Assembly (NCBI GenBank): GCA_964187785.1
Contig: OZ076409.1
Location: 61,940,001-62,004,000, forward strand
Direction of reading: 5' to 3'
Length of the DNA: 64,000 nt
Origin: Amphiscolops sp. MND2022
Lineage: Eukaryota
Positions 1 through 14,211 of this stretch are shown here, in pieces. Made by a program: the position numbers and the translations under genes. The notes beneath the pieces were generated by a model. The model was not told the origin of the DNA, searched no databases, and was given only the letters and a program-made list of their open reading frames with translations. Every line of letters begins with the position of its first letter. Position 1 is the stretch's first letter.

Positions 1-1932
1 TGATTTTCTGGTGTGCATGGACGAATCAGTGACGTCACTTAGTATATCTTCAAAACTTGTCTACGTCCTATTGACGACAAATGTACATGTATGCTTATTC
101 TCACCGCCGCTTTGTTTACTTAGCGCAGTATTGTCGTCCCAAATCACACCAATTGCTGTTCAAAGTGCAATAAAGTCTCTTTTTCTTAGAAGAGGAGTAA
201 TAATCTCAGTGTGTCAACTCAATGTATTTTCTGTTTTAGATCTAATTGATGTCTTTCCTTAAGGATGATTCAGGTTGTGTTTTTATTTAGATTAGTTTAT
301 GATTTTCTAATCTAAGACGCAATCTTAGTTCACTTTTCAGGTACCATATGTTTTTATTTTAACGTGACAAAAACGTCTTGCCGGAAATGCGTCAAATTAT
401 TTTTGGCCTAATTCATTTCCTATTTTCATTTCCAGTTGGAATTTGTGTAAGGTAGTTGTGTATTTTGTTTTTCTAGTCACAGTTTAATTTAAGTTAGTTT
501 TTAGTTTACCAGTTAAAACACGACTTTGGAAATCTCAAATTACCTCCGTGACCTCTTTCGATTCTCAGTCGTTGACAACCACACGCCAGACCGGGAGCGG
601 GCTGTGACACTCAATACTCATGGTGAATGTTCAGCAACTTTGCTCGGCGTGACCTTCAAATTTTGCCCAAGACCATTTTGTCAAGTTTTAACCATTCCTG
701 ATCGGAAAATGAACCGCCAAATTTTGCTGGCCTCGACATACTTCGAGGGAGAACAACTTCCGACTACAGAAAGGTTTTTTGGATCCTAAAACAGAAATCG
801 GAGAATTTTCATACCTAAAGCATAATTGGCAACAAGCTCACGACGTTTCCGATTATGAAAGGGCAATATTTCCCGCCGTGGAGAATATTAGGGCTAACAA
901 AAGCCTACAAAAAAGACGGAATCTTTCGGAAAAGTGCCAGGATGATAACTGCATCTTTGATCGTACCCAAAGTTTTCTATCTATGTGACCTGAATTTGCC
1001 CGAAATGGCAGATTTTTCAAAATTTTTCCTATCGACATTGATAGTAACGTTAAAAACCAAAACTTAGAACAGTTTTCAACGCCCAATTTGCCTTCGAACA
1101 ACGATTTTGTGTGAAAGTTGTTATGCAGTGCTGACTATCATATGCCCACTGTCAACTCAGTTTTCTCAACTACCTTCTGAAGTGACTAATGGAGGAGATC
1201 CTGAGTGAGTCTCTAAGAATTCATTTTCTGATGCTGTTCAAGTTTTGATAGACAGTGTGCAATCGAAAAAAAAACTTTTGGAGGCTCAGGCTTATGTGGA
1301 TGAAATTTCGTCAAGCTTCGAGCAAAACGGGACGCCAGGTGACAAACTATACGAGTTTGGGGAGGCCGTCGAGGGGGCACGCGAAAGACTTGACACGAAC
1401 ACGCCTTGACTAGACATTTGAACAGGTGCCGTAGAAAGGTCTATCCCCTATCGTCAAATTTGAAGGGTCAAACTAGCGTCAATGTCCTCTAATGTCGAAC
1501 TAAAACGGCAAATTCTTAGCTTCAAATAAAAAGTAAACGAACTATTTGTGTCGTAATGCCATAATCTATAGGTGGAACCCATAAAATACATTTTGATGAT
1601 TCCACTAACAGTCTTCTAGACAACGAACGATTCTTGGACCGCGTCCCTACTTCATCAAATGTCGGCAGCCCCGTGGTGCCGATATCGATCGTCTTGCTAA
1701 GCGAGGTCGAGCAGGACCAAAGACTTGGCGGGAACGGAGATGGAAAGGCGAATGTTGTAGAGCGGGTCCTAGTGACGGCAAGCACGAGTGTCATACACAG
1801 CAAAAATCACCCATTTGTTACAAATTATCTACCAGGTACGCAGTATTCAGCCACTATCATGAGCTCCTTTTCAAAACATAACTTTCAATCAACCAATTTT
1901 TATCAGAAATTTATCAGTTCTGATCAACTTGT

Positions 1933-2498
1933 GTGGTGAGTGTTCCCAAGATCTTCGTTTTTATCAAAATCTCTGAGGATCCTTGTTTCTTGAACTGCTT
2001 CTAAATTTGCGGTTTGGGGATTCTTCAGACCTACAATTTGGTCTTCTGCCTGGGACTTCCCATCTCCTATTAGGTACTTGTCCTTGTCTGGATCTTCGGG
2101 TGGCTTGAATTTGATGCAGAACTTGTTTATTCATAGCCTTACTTATAACTCTTTGGATTTGTGAGCTCTTGATACTCAAAAAGTCATTCATTTCTTGGGT
2201 TTAACTCCCCTGATAACCTATTGATGTCTCTGCTAGAATCAACTTCTTTCGAATTCTGGCCGTTTCCGGAATAACCCCTAATCTCATCTTCTCTAGAGTT
2301 AGAATGAGAATTCACATCATGATTCACCAATGCATTGTAACTAGGGCTTTCTGGTCTACGTACGGAATTACTGAGTTCACTTTCTTCTCTTTTTAGGTGA
2401 TTACTGCCAAGCTATATATCTAGATTTTCGATGTCTGATAACATATCAGCTTCTCTCGATTTTCTTGCCTTACTTTTCTGTTTCCTTGTAGTAGGCAT
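1933..2498 (-). pseudogene. Decayed ORF, possibly the 5' end of an LTR-retrotransposon gag region
   Basis: Manual translation from ATG at 2498 gives MPTTRKQKSKARKSREADMLSDIENLDI*LGSNH..., joining ORF 1964..2191 through a frameshift. It has one in-frame stop. The gag assignment is only a recollected resemblance and no flanking LTR/TSD was resolved. Confidence 0.3.
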
Positions 2499-2906
2499 AA
2501 AGAATATCCGATTACGAATACTCGAATTGATTCAATCGAAAAAAAAACAGTTTAAATAGGTTTGGACAATACGAAAGTTCAGAAATTTTTGTCCTCGCAG
2601 AGGGTGTTACTGCTATTTATGTTACTGACACTCGAAATCGAACGAATATGTTAGAATACCTCAAACCTAATTACGTACTAACATCACATGACTATAAACA
2701 ACATCAACATTTCAAAGCAACTATTCACTTCAAAAATCCTAAATATGGAATTCGTTGAAAGGCACGTGCCTGCACACGCGGCCCGAAGGTCGTATGAACA
2801 ACCACCGCTTTGCAATTTCATGTTACTCAATATTGAACCGGGTTAGCCTGAATTTGCTATTTGACCCACAATTGATCTGAGATTAACAGCCGGCATAGGC
2901 ATACAG

Positions 2907-3415
2907 ACCAACAATCAAATTTAGCATCAATAATTAGCAACTAATTAACTCACAAATAATGGCCCATTGTGAAACATAAGAGATCTCCGTACTGAGCAAT
3001 ATCTGAAGTGATATTATTACTGCACCAGAACAATGTAATTGAGTGAGAGAAGAAATAGCCGGAACCCGCCATTTCACTAATGTCTTACTTGCATGTAGCA
3101 CTGTAGCGTCAAAAAGCCTTACTCGGCCATTTAGATTAAAGCGTACAAATAGTATACTGTACCAACAATCAAATTTAGCATCAATAATTAGCAACTAATT
3201 AACTCACAAATAATGGCCCATTGTGAAACATAAAAGAGATCTCCGTACTGAGCAATATCTGGAGTGATATTATTACTGCACCAGAACAATGTAATTGAGT
3301 GAGAGAAGAAATAGCCGGAACCCGCCATTTCACTAATGTCTTACTTGCATGTAGCACTGTAGCGTCAAAAAGCCTTACTCGGCCATTTAGATTAAAGCGT
3401 ACAAATAGTATACTG
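2907..3415. repeat. Near-perfect tandem duplication, 2 x ~254 bp
   Basis: ACCAACAATCAAATTTAGCATC...AAATAGTATACTG starts at 2907 and again at 3161. The copies differ by a 3-nt indel and about one substitution. Confidence 0.95.
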
Positions 3416-4750
3416 AGTAGTGCGTTCTGATTGGCTGATGCGGCGTGCGCAAGTCACGTCGCCGGAACAGCACCTTAGCTCACTTGAACATTTTTCCTTG
3501 TTGCTGATCAACTGTATACAATTACTCTTGCATCACGTATAAATAAATAATAAAACTTGCACACAGAATCAAGAAAATCAAACCGCCACAATTGTGTGCA
3601 CATCATGGAAAGGTTCAGATATCCTGCTCTTCTGAAGTCAACCGACTCCAAAGAGGCGAAGGCCATTGTCGTGTATGAATTGAAGTGGATCGTATGCAGC
3701 GCGTTCTATATCGGCCCAAGTTATTGATTTTCGCGACAGATTAAACATAGTCACAAAGACTCTCTCTGCAAAGGATAAATATTTCATGGAGTGCTGGGAC
3801 GACTTCAATCGGCGCTATCTGGATGGTGCTGGAAGAAGCCCAATTACAGAGCGCTGGTAAACCTCCAAGTTTTGAAGATGAAGTCCATTCGCAAGGACAT
3901 TGAACACAAGATGTCACTAAGGATTCTGTTCAAGCTGTTGATGTGCAACTTTCTTGAAGAATGGACAAAAAGCTATATATATATTCAAAAATCTATAGGA
4001 ATTTGTTTGATAAAATGCTTTCTGAGTTTTGACAAACTTCACGTTACCTGATGATGCACGTAAATGCGAAATCGATTGTAATTCAATTGATATAATTGAC
4101 AATCTTTCACATACGGTGAGGAAAAGTAAAAAAACTTGAGTACCTCTAAGTAGTGCAACAGATATCTAAAAGAATGTTCAATCAAGAACCTGAAATTTTG
4201 TGCGTTTCTAGCTGTTCTCGAGAATATTCGCATGTTCTGAAGTATGAATATTACGCTCGAGCCTCAAGAACATTGCCTCAAGAAAATTATTTCATGGCAG
4301 GAAACATCTCGCAGGTCAGCGGGCGTCTTGGTATTGTTTTTGTTGCCAATCATTTAGATGAACCGAGTCGATGATTGGACGATATCAAAAAAGTAGTATG
4401 AGACGTTACTGATTGTGTTTTGTTTTCATATCATATTGAAATTTTATTGAATTTTTTGGGCAGTTGAAACAAATTTTTGGCAGCTGTGGTTTTTTTGTGA
4501 CACTTGATGACGCGTCGGGTTTTTACTGGGTTCAGTTAGCTTCGACTTTATTGAGGTATGAGACCTACTAAAGAAGCATCAAAAATCAGTTCTTTTTTAA
4601 ATTGAAATACTTTTGATCTGAACCACAAAAGGTCTTTTCCATAATTCCATAGCATACGCAGCTTTGAAGCATTTGTATAAAAATGGGTTATGAATAATAT
4701 TGAAAACTCCAGAATTTCATGCTTTCAATTGCCGTTGCCGTAGTGTAAGA

Positions 4751-5202
4751 CAAGGTTGGATAAAAATAGGATTTTTTAATGACTGATTTGAATCAGATTT
4801 TTCAAACTTCCTCGGATTTGAATATTTTTTTGATTGTTTTTTTAAAAGGTTGATTTCAAAAAATCAATCCATTTTTGGAATTCAAATTAATTACTGATTC
4901 AGCACGCGGAAACAAAGTGCACGTTTTCCACATTTCTCAATTTTCATTTTTTTTTGCATTTCAAGTAGCGTCCTATTGCAAATTTTCACAAATTTCCAGT
5001 TCTACAACCGTGTTGTTGTCCAACAAATTGTTATTCAAACAAATCTGAAATTTTGAACAGTGTGTTGGTGAATGGCGTTGCTCTAATAACATGAGAAAGC
5101 ATTATAATTGAATCAAGTAAGCCTTTTTACCTTGTAAAAGTATCAATCGATGTTTTTGATTTTATTCTTCCATTTAAATCCGATTTAAATCAGCCAACTC
5201 TG
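4751..5202. mobile_element. Non-autonomous hAT-type MITE
   Basis: 8-bp direct repeat GTGTAAGA on both flanks (4743-4750, 5203-5210) and imperfect TIR CAAGGTTGG / CCAACTCTG. Confidence 0.75.
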
Positions 5203-5906
5203 GTGTAAGATGCATTTTTCTGGTAGCTCGATAAAATTCCAGTAGAGCAGGGAAAGTTCAATCTCTGAAATTTCCCTAATCCACGATGTAAAATCGAATG
5301 AAAAGTTGAACTTAGTTTTGCATCTCTCGAGGACCAAAAAAAAAGAATTTCATGAACTTTTTATAGTGTTTTACCAAAACCTTGGATTTCACGAGCACGC
5401 CGGATTTAACTATGCGAAACGAAAAAAGAGTTCTCCTCGCTTGAATTTTAGACGTTTTTAGTCGGCACTATGCGACATTTCTCCGAAAAGTTTTGAATTT
5501 TATCAAAGCATACCCCTTTGAGTTTTTTGAAGTTTTCGGTTTCTAAAACGTTTAAGGAGCCTAAATGGCCTCGTTTTGAGTTTTTCGGCATTGTTCGACT
5601 TTTTTTTAAAAATACTTTTTTTTGAAAAAAAAATTTTTCATAATGTTTCCAATAGTTGTTCCTTGGATATTTTTGAGCCTTAGATATGGCGCCGACTTGG
5701 AACGTTCCCGTCTTGTTTGGTTTTAAAGATGGTCTAAATTTGGCTGCTTTTCACGTTAGGGACTTAAATGGTCAATCTGCTTGACCACTTGGTTGCAAAT
5801 ATGGTACCATAGCTTGCTATGGGGAGATAGTACCTGAAAGGGCGCCGACTTAGAAAAGTAGAACTGTTTATTCGGCGTCCACACCGCGGAATTGGGGAAA
5901 TTCACT

Positions 5907-5943
5907 TTCTTCTTCTTCTTCTTCTTCTTCTTCTTCTTCTTCT
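5907..5943. repeat. (CTT)n microsatellite
   Basis: About 12 consecutive TTC/CTT units. Confidence 0.95.
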
Positions 5944-6867
5944 ACTGAATTCAAGTTACCAAATACCCAAAAGACTCAAGTTTGTAAAGATAGAAACACG
6001 GCCTTAACAGTTTGCTTAACTAACAGAATTCAGTTTTTGTGATTTAAGAATTAAAAAAAAACGCATTTTTACTGTACTTTCGATGTTTTGAAACATCAGT
6101 AATTCTTACGTTCAACTAGCCTTCAAAAGTTTGTGCCTTTTTTCTTTTTACATTTTCTTGATTTTTTTTTCAACGATCGTTATGGCATATTATGGACCAG
6201 TTACAATTTTAGCATGATCAATAAACGTATCTGGAATTCTGCCTGGACGCGCCTTTATTTGCTCTTCAGTTTGATTTTTCGACAATTGTATGCATCGGGG
6301 CGGGTCTAACTGTCAACTAATCTCTGCATCAACCGGTTAAAATTTTTAAATCGATCAAGAATTATTAAACTGGTTAGTGCATTAACTGGTCAAGGCTCTA
6401 CTTTATTGCAAATGATAAACTTTATCCTCAAAGATGAGACTGATAAGGGCAGAAAAGAACCGAATTCAATGTTATTGTACTAATGTAGAGCAACTACTGA
6501 AAGATTTGAACCACTGCAATGAAACATGCAAATCTTTCCTATTGTCGGAATTCCCATTTATATTCAAAACCATCTCCAAGATTTGCATTCACAAGTGTTC
6601 CCACCCACTGAGGAAGTCAAGATTTGCTCAAATTGTAAATTTCGTCATCTTGACTCTTGAAAAGAAATGGAAGTAGGTATTCTGTTGTGGTTACCATACA
6701 TACAGTCGTTATGGCGCTTACAGAGTCGCTTCATTCCCACTTAATGTATTGTCATGGGAATGATTTAGCGCTGCTAGGAGAGGCTTGATCAATGATTAAT
6801 TCTTGCTCAAAAAATTGAAGAATCTTGTTAAATCTTAAATTATCTTCATTGAGGAATTATACACCTG

Positions 6868-9800
6868 ATGTTATTACAACTTTTGAAACTTCGACGTTTC
6901 CATAACGTTGCAATTTTAATATCATGCTTATTTATAATTTTTCTTCTGTTACACTTCTTACACTTACCTTTTAAATCTGGCAAGGTAACGTTACCAGACA
7001 AACTTCTCCCAGACATTAGTACTATCGCAATAGGAAAAAGAAGTTTGTCTGAGAGAATTGACCGAGGAATTCAATGCATGAAACAAATGAGATACAACCC
7101 TGCGGTGCACCCTAAAGCTCCGGTTCACTTTTTACCGCAGGGTTCTGCGATGTTGTCGCCGATAACTGCGTATGCAACAGTGTGCAATGAGACAAGAGAA
7201 AATCTGAAACTGATTTTGGTGCTCAACAGGGTCGGAAGTGCGGAGATCAGAAATGCAATGAGACAAACATTTGGCAAGTTTGATGAGCTAAATCTGAAAT
7301 CTAATTGGTCGTTGCTTTTCCTGGTTAGTGCTTTGCATCTCGAGGAGATTAGTCATCAAAAGTATTAACTACCGAATGTTCAATACAATGCATTGCAATT
7401 AAGCGCCTTTCTAAGAGTAGGGAATTATCAATTTCGATTCTAATCTTTGGAAAAAAGGATCAGTAGCGAATATTTGGGAGAATTTATCTTTTATTTTTCA
7501 AATCAGCAATTCAATCTAAAAATATCATTTAGCAGATTTCCATTTTTGTACTTCTATTTTTGGGAGTAGGTAGGAATGTTGGAAATGGTGAATCATACTA
7601 TGAAAAACTATGATCATTGTCAAAAAATGATCCTTATTCATCCTAGTAAAATACAGGCGATAAAGAGTAGCAGCATGCTCAAAATATCACTGACCTTTTT
7701 CAAACATTAATGGGTGGTCAAAGCGGTCAATGGGCGGTCAATAATTATCATTTTAAAAATTCCGCTTTGACCACTCTCGTTTTGTGAATCTTGGGTTTCG
7801 TCTAAAAAAATCTTATGTACTTCACGAGTTTTCCTAAAATACGGGAAAAAACTATTTCAATAACGATCATCAGAGATGTTGGTTCACAGGCTGTTTCTGT
7901 CAGACTTTTGGTTATTCAATACTATGTATCTAATTCGACAAGACGCCCACGTAGCACCAAGACATTTTCCATGTTTTCCGCCCTTAGATTTTCTAACAAA
8001 AAATGCAAGTTTTGACTGAACATAGCTATGAATTGCAACAATAACTAACCATTAAAGGAACCATCCAAAACATTAACCAATTCGCCTATACGGTCGCTTG
8101 AAACTGTAGAGAACAACGAACATTATAAAAACAAAACAAGAAAAGGCTCGAAACAAATCTCACAGATAAGGGATTAACATGGACATAAATCTGCAACCAA
8201 CCGCAGAGAAAACTCAATAAAAAGACCAAAACCGACACAATTCTACGATTACTAGAAATATAGTCGTCGGAAATTTCGTCGTCAGAAATTTCCTCGCAAC
8301 AAATTTCGTCGTCAGAAATTTCGTCGCCAGAAGTTTCGTCGTCGGAAATTTCGTCGTCCGAAATTTTTTCGTCGGAAATTACGTTCTATGAAACGTTACA
8401 AATTATTTAAGCTATTAGGAATCGTCTTTCATTAATGAGTCCTAAAATTTATCGAGTCTTGATAATTATCTTAACAATACTTACTTCTATGGTATTAACA
8501 ACCGAAAATTTTGGAGCCATAGAATGTCTCCGAGCCGTTTTACCCCTGGTCATTGAAAGTTTTGTCTTTGCCCCTATAGGAATTTTCCACGACAGCGGCA
8601 GTATCACCAAACAAACTACTTAGCAAAGTTAGGAGTGCACGCATATGCGCAGTTCGCTGCTATCAGCGTAACAAAGAAATAACCGAAAAATGATTATACT
8701 CAATATGGCAGGTGACGTCATACGTTTCACGCCAGGCAAAATCGTTCAACAGGGCTCTGACATCATTTCATTACTCTGTAAAATTGTTTTTGTTATTTTC
8801 ACCAAATAGCAGTTGTATATTCAAACGTTTTCGAACGTTTGGAAACAAATTTGATCAAACTTGTGAATCCATCGGAATTACTAACAGCAAGAGCATCACT
8901 TTTTGTAGGACTTCTCAACACAACTGAAAACAAAGTCTTGAACAAGTAGGTTTAGATGACAAGCTTTATCCTAAAGAGTTCAACGTGGAAATGACTGTAC
9001 ATTTGACACCACCAATTATTGCGACAAAGCAAGCAAACGAACGTTTTACCTCGTTGAAAACGTGATATCAACATCTTGAAAGACTTTAGAACGTTTAGTC
9101 TTTGGACCGATTAGACTTTATTCTTGAGTCATGAACTTTTCCGTGATCAATTCATTATTCGACTCCCTATGGCATTAGCTAAAAATCTGAATAAATTTTG
9201 ACGTTTGTTTCCTAGAAACTTTCCTAGGCAAACTACTGAATGGACTACTGAATTAGTTGCCTAATTGAAGGGCTTCAGTACTGCATCAATGGCGCTTTCT
9301 TTTGCTAAACCAATATGGAAAATAATAGCCTTTTGCTATTTGCTGATCAATTTTTAATTGGACTCCCCGTGGCATCAGCCACAAATCTGAACAATCTTGA
9401 ATGCTTGATATTCAGATATTGTGGTGAGCAAACTATTGAGTGAACTGAGTGATTAATTTCTCAATTGAGCTGCTTCTTTTCTACATTAATGGTTCTTTTA
9501 CTTGCTCGAACTCTTACGAATACATCAGCATTTTGGTGTTGATAATGGAATCATTACATTACAAAATTTCGCGAGAAACGCCGTTATTTGATTTTTATCA
9601 AATCAGTAAGGTGCATTTTTTTCAAACAAGCCGTCACATGTGCATCTGAGACATCAATTCTTCCATTCGAAGCGCCTCGAAAGATCTACAGCTTGAATGT
9701 TTTTGATTCAAAAAATTCTTATGAGTACCAAGTCTTTTTCAATATGATTCAAAAACGACAAAAAGCTGAAAACACAGACTGTCAACAAAAAACTGTTTCT

Positions 9801-12800
9801 AGCGGTGTTGCAATTAACTTAGACTTCGTGTAATACCCTCCACATTCAACAAAACTACCTAAGTTTGCCGAAACGAGCCTGGAATCGCAAAATCAGATAG
9901 GGCAGCATTTGAAAAAAAATAAACTTCATCAAATAATTCATAACTCTTTCTTGAAAACCCTAAAAACAAAGTTGGTATACCTTGGCGTCGGCACTTGTTG
10001 AACTCACAAAAGCAGACAATAGAGATAAAGTGTCACATTTTAACTTGATTGAGAAAGTGAAGTTCAGTTTTTCATAAACAATTTCCCTTAAAGCTGGTGC
10101 TGTTCTCGTCAGTTACAAATTTTTTAACAGTCCTAAACAGGGCAGAATTATATTTGGGTATCTTAGTTTGTGGATTTTACTGAAGTTTCAGCAATCTTTT
10201 TGAAAATAAAATATGTGAATTGAGTAGTTGGAAATTCATCTCCATTGTCGACAAAAGTCTTACAGTATCTTCACTTTCCCCAACGGAAGTCTAAAAAAGA
10301 ACCTACGTTCACTTTTCGACACTAGGAATCTATTAATATTTGTTGATACCTATACGAAATCAAGCTTGTACGGCCATCACACGATTCGAATAGAGTTGAA
10401 AGAATTAATCGATAAAAAATGTCTCAGGGAGATTAATTAACGGCCTGTACAAAAACCAGAATTGCCGAAAATGGAAAAAAAATTACACTTTTGGAAAACA
10501 AATGGAAAAAAAAGAAATTTTCATTGGTTTGAGAGTAGATCTAGATAACGCGAACGGCTGAAGAAAAATATCAAAACTCAGCGTTGTTGCTTTCCTCGAG
10601 GAAAGTTTCAGTGGGTACAACGGATTTTAACAAAAAAGACAACTGAGATAGCAGAGTTGCCTTCCATTTTCCAACAAAAAATTCAAGAGCGCTGAAGTTT
10701 GAAACGACAGCTTGGCTAGATGACGTAAGTGAAATACGCGTAACCGTAGGCGGACACTCAAAAAAGGGCGCCTTGTTTTCATGACACACGGTTAAAAAAT
10801 ATCGTACGAAAGTGAGGAAAATTATCGGCAAGGAATATGCTTAGAAAATACTGCAAAGACTAATCTCAGAGGTTTTTCTAACACGTTATCTTTTTATAAT
10901 CATGTTTGTGAAGTTTCTTGTTTCCGAAATACCCCTATCAACTGAAAACATCAAGATTAGATCTATTGCTAACCGGTGGAAGATTCGTTGATTAAGTTCA
11001 GTGACGATTCGAATAAATTGTTTCTGCAATTCTATCTAGGTGGGAAGTCCGCGAAATCAAACAGAAAGTATTGAAGTAGAGAAGGAAAACAAACATTTTG
11101 GGGACATAGTTGTTGCAAATACCCCCGAGGCTTACTACAACACGACCCTCAAGATGATGATTGGGTACAAATACGTGTTCTGTTTCTGTGGCCACCTTGA
11201 GTACCTGATTAAATCAGACGATGATGAATACATCAGAGTTAATTTCCTAGAAAAGTTGATTGAAGAAGAGCAAAACCGGTTGAACTTGAAATTGCTGCAA
11301 GATGCTAGTCAAAGTGTAAGTTATTGTTAAAATCATGTATCTCATGCATTGAATCTTGAAATCAGAAATGCATATGAAAGAAACCCAAAACATCCATCTT
11401 TTGATCACAAAATATTCAGAAATCTTCTGATGAATTCATAAAAATTGGGTTTAACAGTGATTTTAACACAGACCCACTCTTAATCAAAAACATTTTGCGT
11501 TGAATGTTCCTAACATTTCATGCAATCGAAACGGCTGAAAGTATTCTAGCAAGATACTTTTGAGGTGTCGGCTGTCTATTACATTCGTTTTATGCAAGTT
11601 GAGTATTTTTTCCAGGAGAAAGAGCACCCAAAGAGTCACTTATACATGGGTTGCTGTGGGGGCAATATAGTAAGTCCATACCACGTACATTACTACTAAA
11701 CCATGCTTCCATTCACTTTCATGTACATCCCATCAGTTCAGCAATTTTACTTTTTCGAATTTTGATCATATGTATCTGGAAAAATTCCTTTTTTTTTGAG
11801 GAGGAATGAAATTTGCTGTTGCGTTTTGGCTGAAAATGCTTGAGACAACTTCGAATTCTTTTAATTATTGAAAACTCAATTTTAAGGTTGAAAACTCAAT
11901 TTAAAAATTTGAGAATATAATTCATCACAGGGCACTGCAATAAAGTGAATGAAAATTTATATTGAAAGACAAAAAATTATAATAAGAAGCCCTTGAAACG
12001 ATTTCCTAAAAGCTCCAAGGCTTTTTCTGTTGTTTATTTTCTGTGTTTATTTTAGAGTTTGGCAGAGATTAGACAGGTAGTTTTTATTTACTTGTAAATG
12101 AATTCAACAAATTCAGTCCGTCACATGATAATTTATCAGAAGGTAAAAACGCTTCACTCTCGTAGATTGATATTCATTGATACCCTTGCTCAATAACCTA
12201 GAATATTCTTTTTACTAATGAAGTTCCAAATATTCAGACTTTTGTCTCATGTGCCTTACATGGGTCCCATTGTTAAAAATTTTGAAACCCATACGTATCT
12301 GGGAAAATTTAAATACTTCGAAAAATTTCGCCGACCACTACAATCCCTCTTAGGTAGCTTTTGAAGCTAATCCATGCAACAGAATACCAAATTGAACAAT
12401 CGGTGGAACAGAAGATTGAATATATTGTATCAATTGTTTTGTTTAATGTTTTGCTCAATTTGTAAAGTATATATACACAACGGCTTGCTAGTTTTGCAAT
12501 GACAATGTTATTTTATATCTTCAATTCAATTTTTTGTAAAGCTGCACATCCAATTGTTTGTAATTCTCAGAAGAAATTTCATGGTCTCCAAATACCAAGT
12601 TTGAATGATTTATGGACCTTTCGTGTAGTTTTCATAATTCCTGTTCATCCTCATCCAACTTTTGTACCTAAAGTGTACCCTCACGCCCTGAGTTGATAAT
12701 GTCAATCATAATGTCGCCCTGCAAATTCTTTCCTACATCACAATCATTATTATCAACAAGTAACTAAAGTGGACCTGATCACCTTGGGACTCTACATTTT

Positions 12801-13515
12801 ATTGGGTTCAATTTCGAACAGTTGTCTTGAATTTTCACATACTGAAATCATCTGCCAAATATTTTTGTGCATAAAATTATTGCAATGGTGATAGTAGTTA
12901 GGTATACAATGCTCCAGTTAAGATGTTTCTTTGTCCGGGCGCATTTGGAAAAGGAAATCGCACAATTGGGGGACCCTTTCAATTTTTTTGACACCGTGGG
13001 GGCATGTTTGCACTATTTTCCCTGATTTGAAAACACACTCTGAACCTTAACTTTGCACTAGATCAGTTATGATCATTCTACATGGTTTTCATTTGCGGCC
13101 ATTTCAGGTGCAGCGAGAGGGACCATGGAAAGTAGAATTTGAAGAGTTCAACCAAACTAAATATCCTCCTTTTTGCGCAGGTGGGCTAAACATCTTGAGC
13201 AGAGACGTTCTTCAGGGTGTAGTGGCAATATGCCACAATCACTGTATCGGTCAAAACTCTCATGATATCAAGAGAAACTTTCGCCAACCCTGTTTTTGGA
13301 AGTTCGAAGATACTTTCATTGGGTCCTGCATTTACTACACGCAAAAGAAAACTGTAAGGACAAATGTTCACGGAAGATCAGCTTTTTATACTGAATTCAA
13401 GCGCTTCCAAAGTCAAGATAGTTTCGAGAAGCAATTAAATGTTCACGGAGTGAAAACAATGAATGAAATGGAAGAAGTTCACAAGTTTTATCAGACAAAA
13501 CGCTTGCTCAATTAA
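6868..13515 (+). CDS. Beta-1,3-galactosyltransferase-family (GT31) type II membrane glycosyltransferase, 4 exons: 6868-7323, 11040-11315, 11616-11669, 13108-13515 (~397 aa)
   Basis: N-terminal TM helix, IRNAMRQTFG, KHFGDIV...NTTLKM, DxD motif (KSDDD), YPPFCAGG and EDTFIG motifs. All three introns are GT..AG and phase 0, and the exons join into one uninterrupted frame. Confidence 0.9.
8263..8380. repeat. 15-bp minisatellite (GTCGTCRGAAATTTC)n in intron 1 of the GT31 gene
   Basis: About 8 degenerate copies of GTCGTC(G/A)GAAATTTC. Confidence 0.85.
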
Positions 13516-13769
13516 AACGGCACTGGTTTATCACAACATGATTTGATTAAATATTGGTCATGATTTTCATTTATTACAAAAGAAACAATCGTTTGAGAAC
13601 TCCAATAAATAAGACGCCAGCTGAGAAGTTCAGATTAAAGAAGAAAGTTCAATCATCCTATTCAGCGGAGCGGACACACAGAAAAGCAGTTCTGCTTTCC
13701 ACATCAGTGCTTTTTCCTAATATTGTCTTTAGCAAGCTACTGTTTCATTATTATACCCAAGTGGTATAC

Positions 13770-14080
13770 TGTTGAGGTGATGACCTAAAAGAACATAGAT
13801 GAATGCCCGAGATGTAAACAGATCACTGAACTATAAATTAGCAAAGCAGGCGTGAAAACTTATTGACCTGTTGATGAGTAAACTTTGCTAATAAACACGT
13901 GCTTCCTATAACTATTTAATTGTCCTGTTAAGTATTTGTTTGTAATTATTATCGACCAGAGTTGAGATAAATTCATTACCCCGGATTTGTGATTCTAATA
14001 TTCAGTTGACTATTAACTAATCTCTGTTTTCATCACGCTACGCGAAATACTGCGCGATAGACTAAATCCTGATCGTAACA
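13770..14080 (+). repeat. 5' LTR of copia element
   Basis: TGTTGAGG...CGTAACA, identical by eye to 18532-18842. Confidence 0.97.
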
Positions 14081-14211
14081 GGTTATGGGCCCAGAGTGAA
14101 TTGAACAGAGACAACTCTCGTACAAAAGCGCGCTCATCTTAATCAACTGCCGATTGAAAAATTGTTTTCAACAGAAAGAAGCCTCTATAAAGAACGTTTT
14201 CCTGTGTCGAA

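Noticed and set aside
3660..4400. Possible GIY-YIG and hAT transposase remnants
   Set aside because: Only short, stop-ridden motif resemblances with no resolvable boundaries.
8263..8380. CRISPR-like periodic repeat
   Set aside because: These are head-to-tail 15-mers without unique spacers, in a eukaryotic intron with no cas genes.
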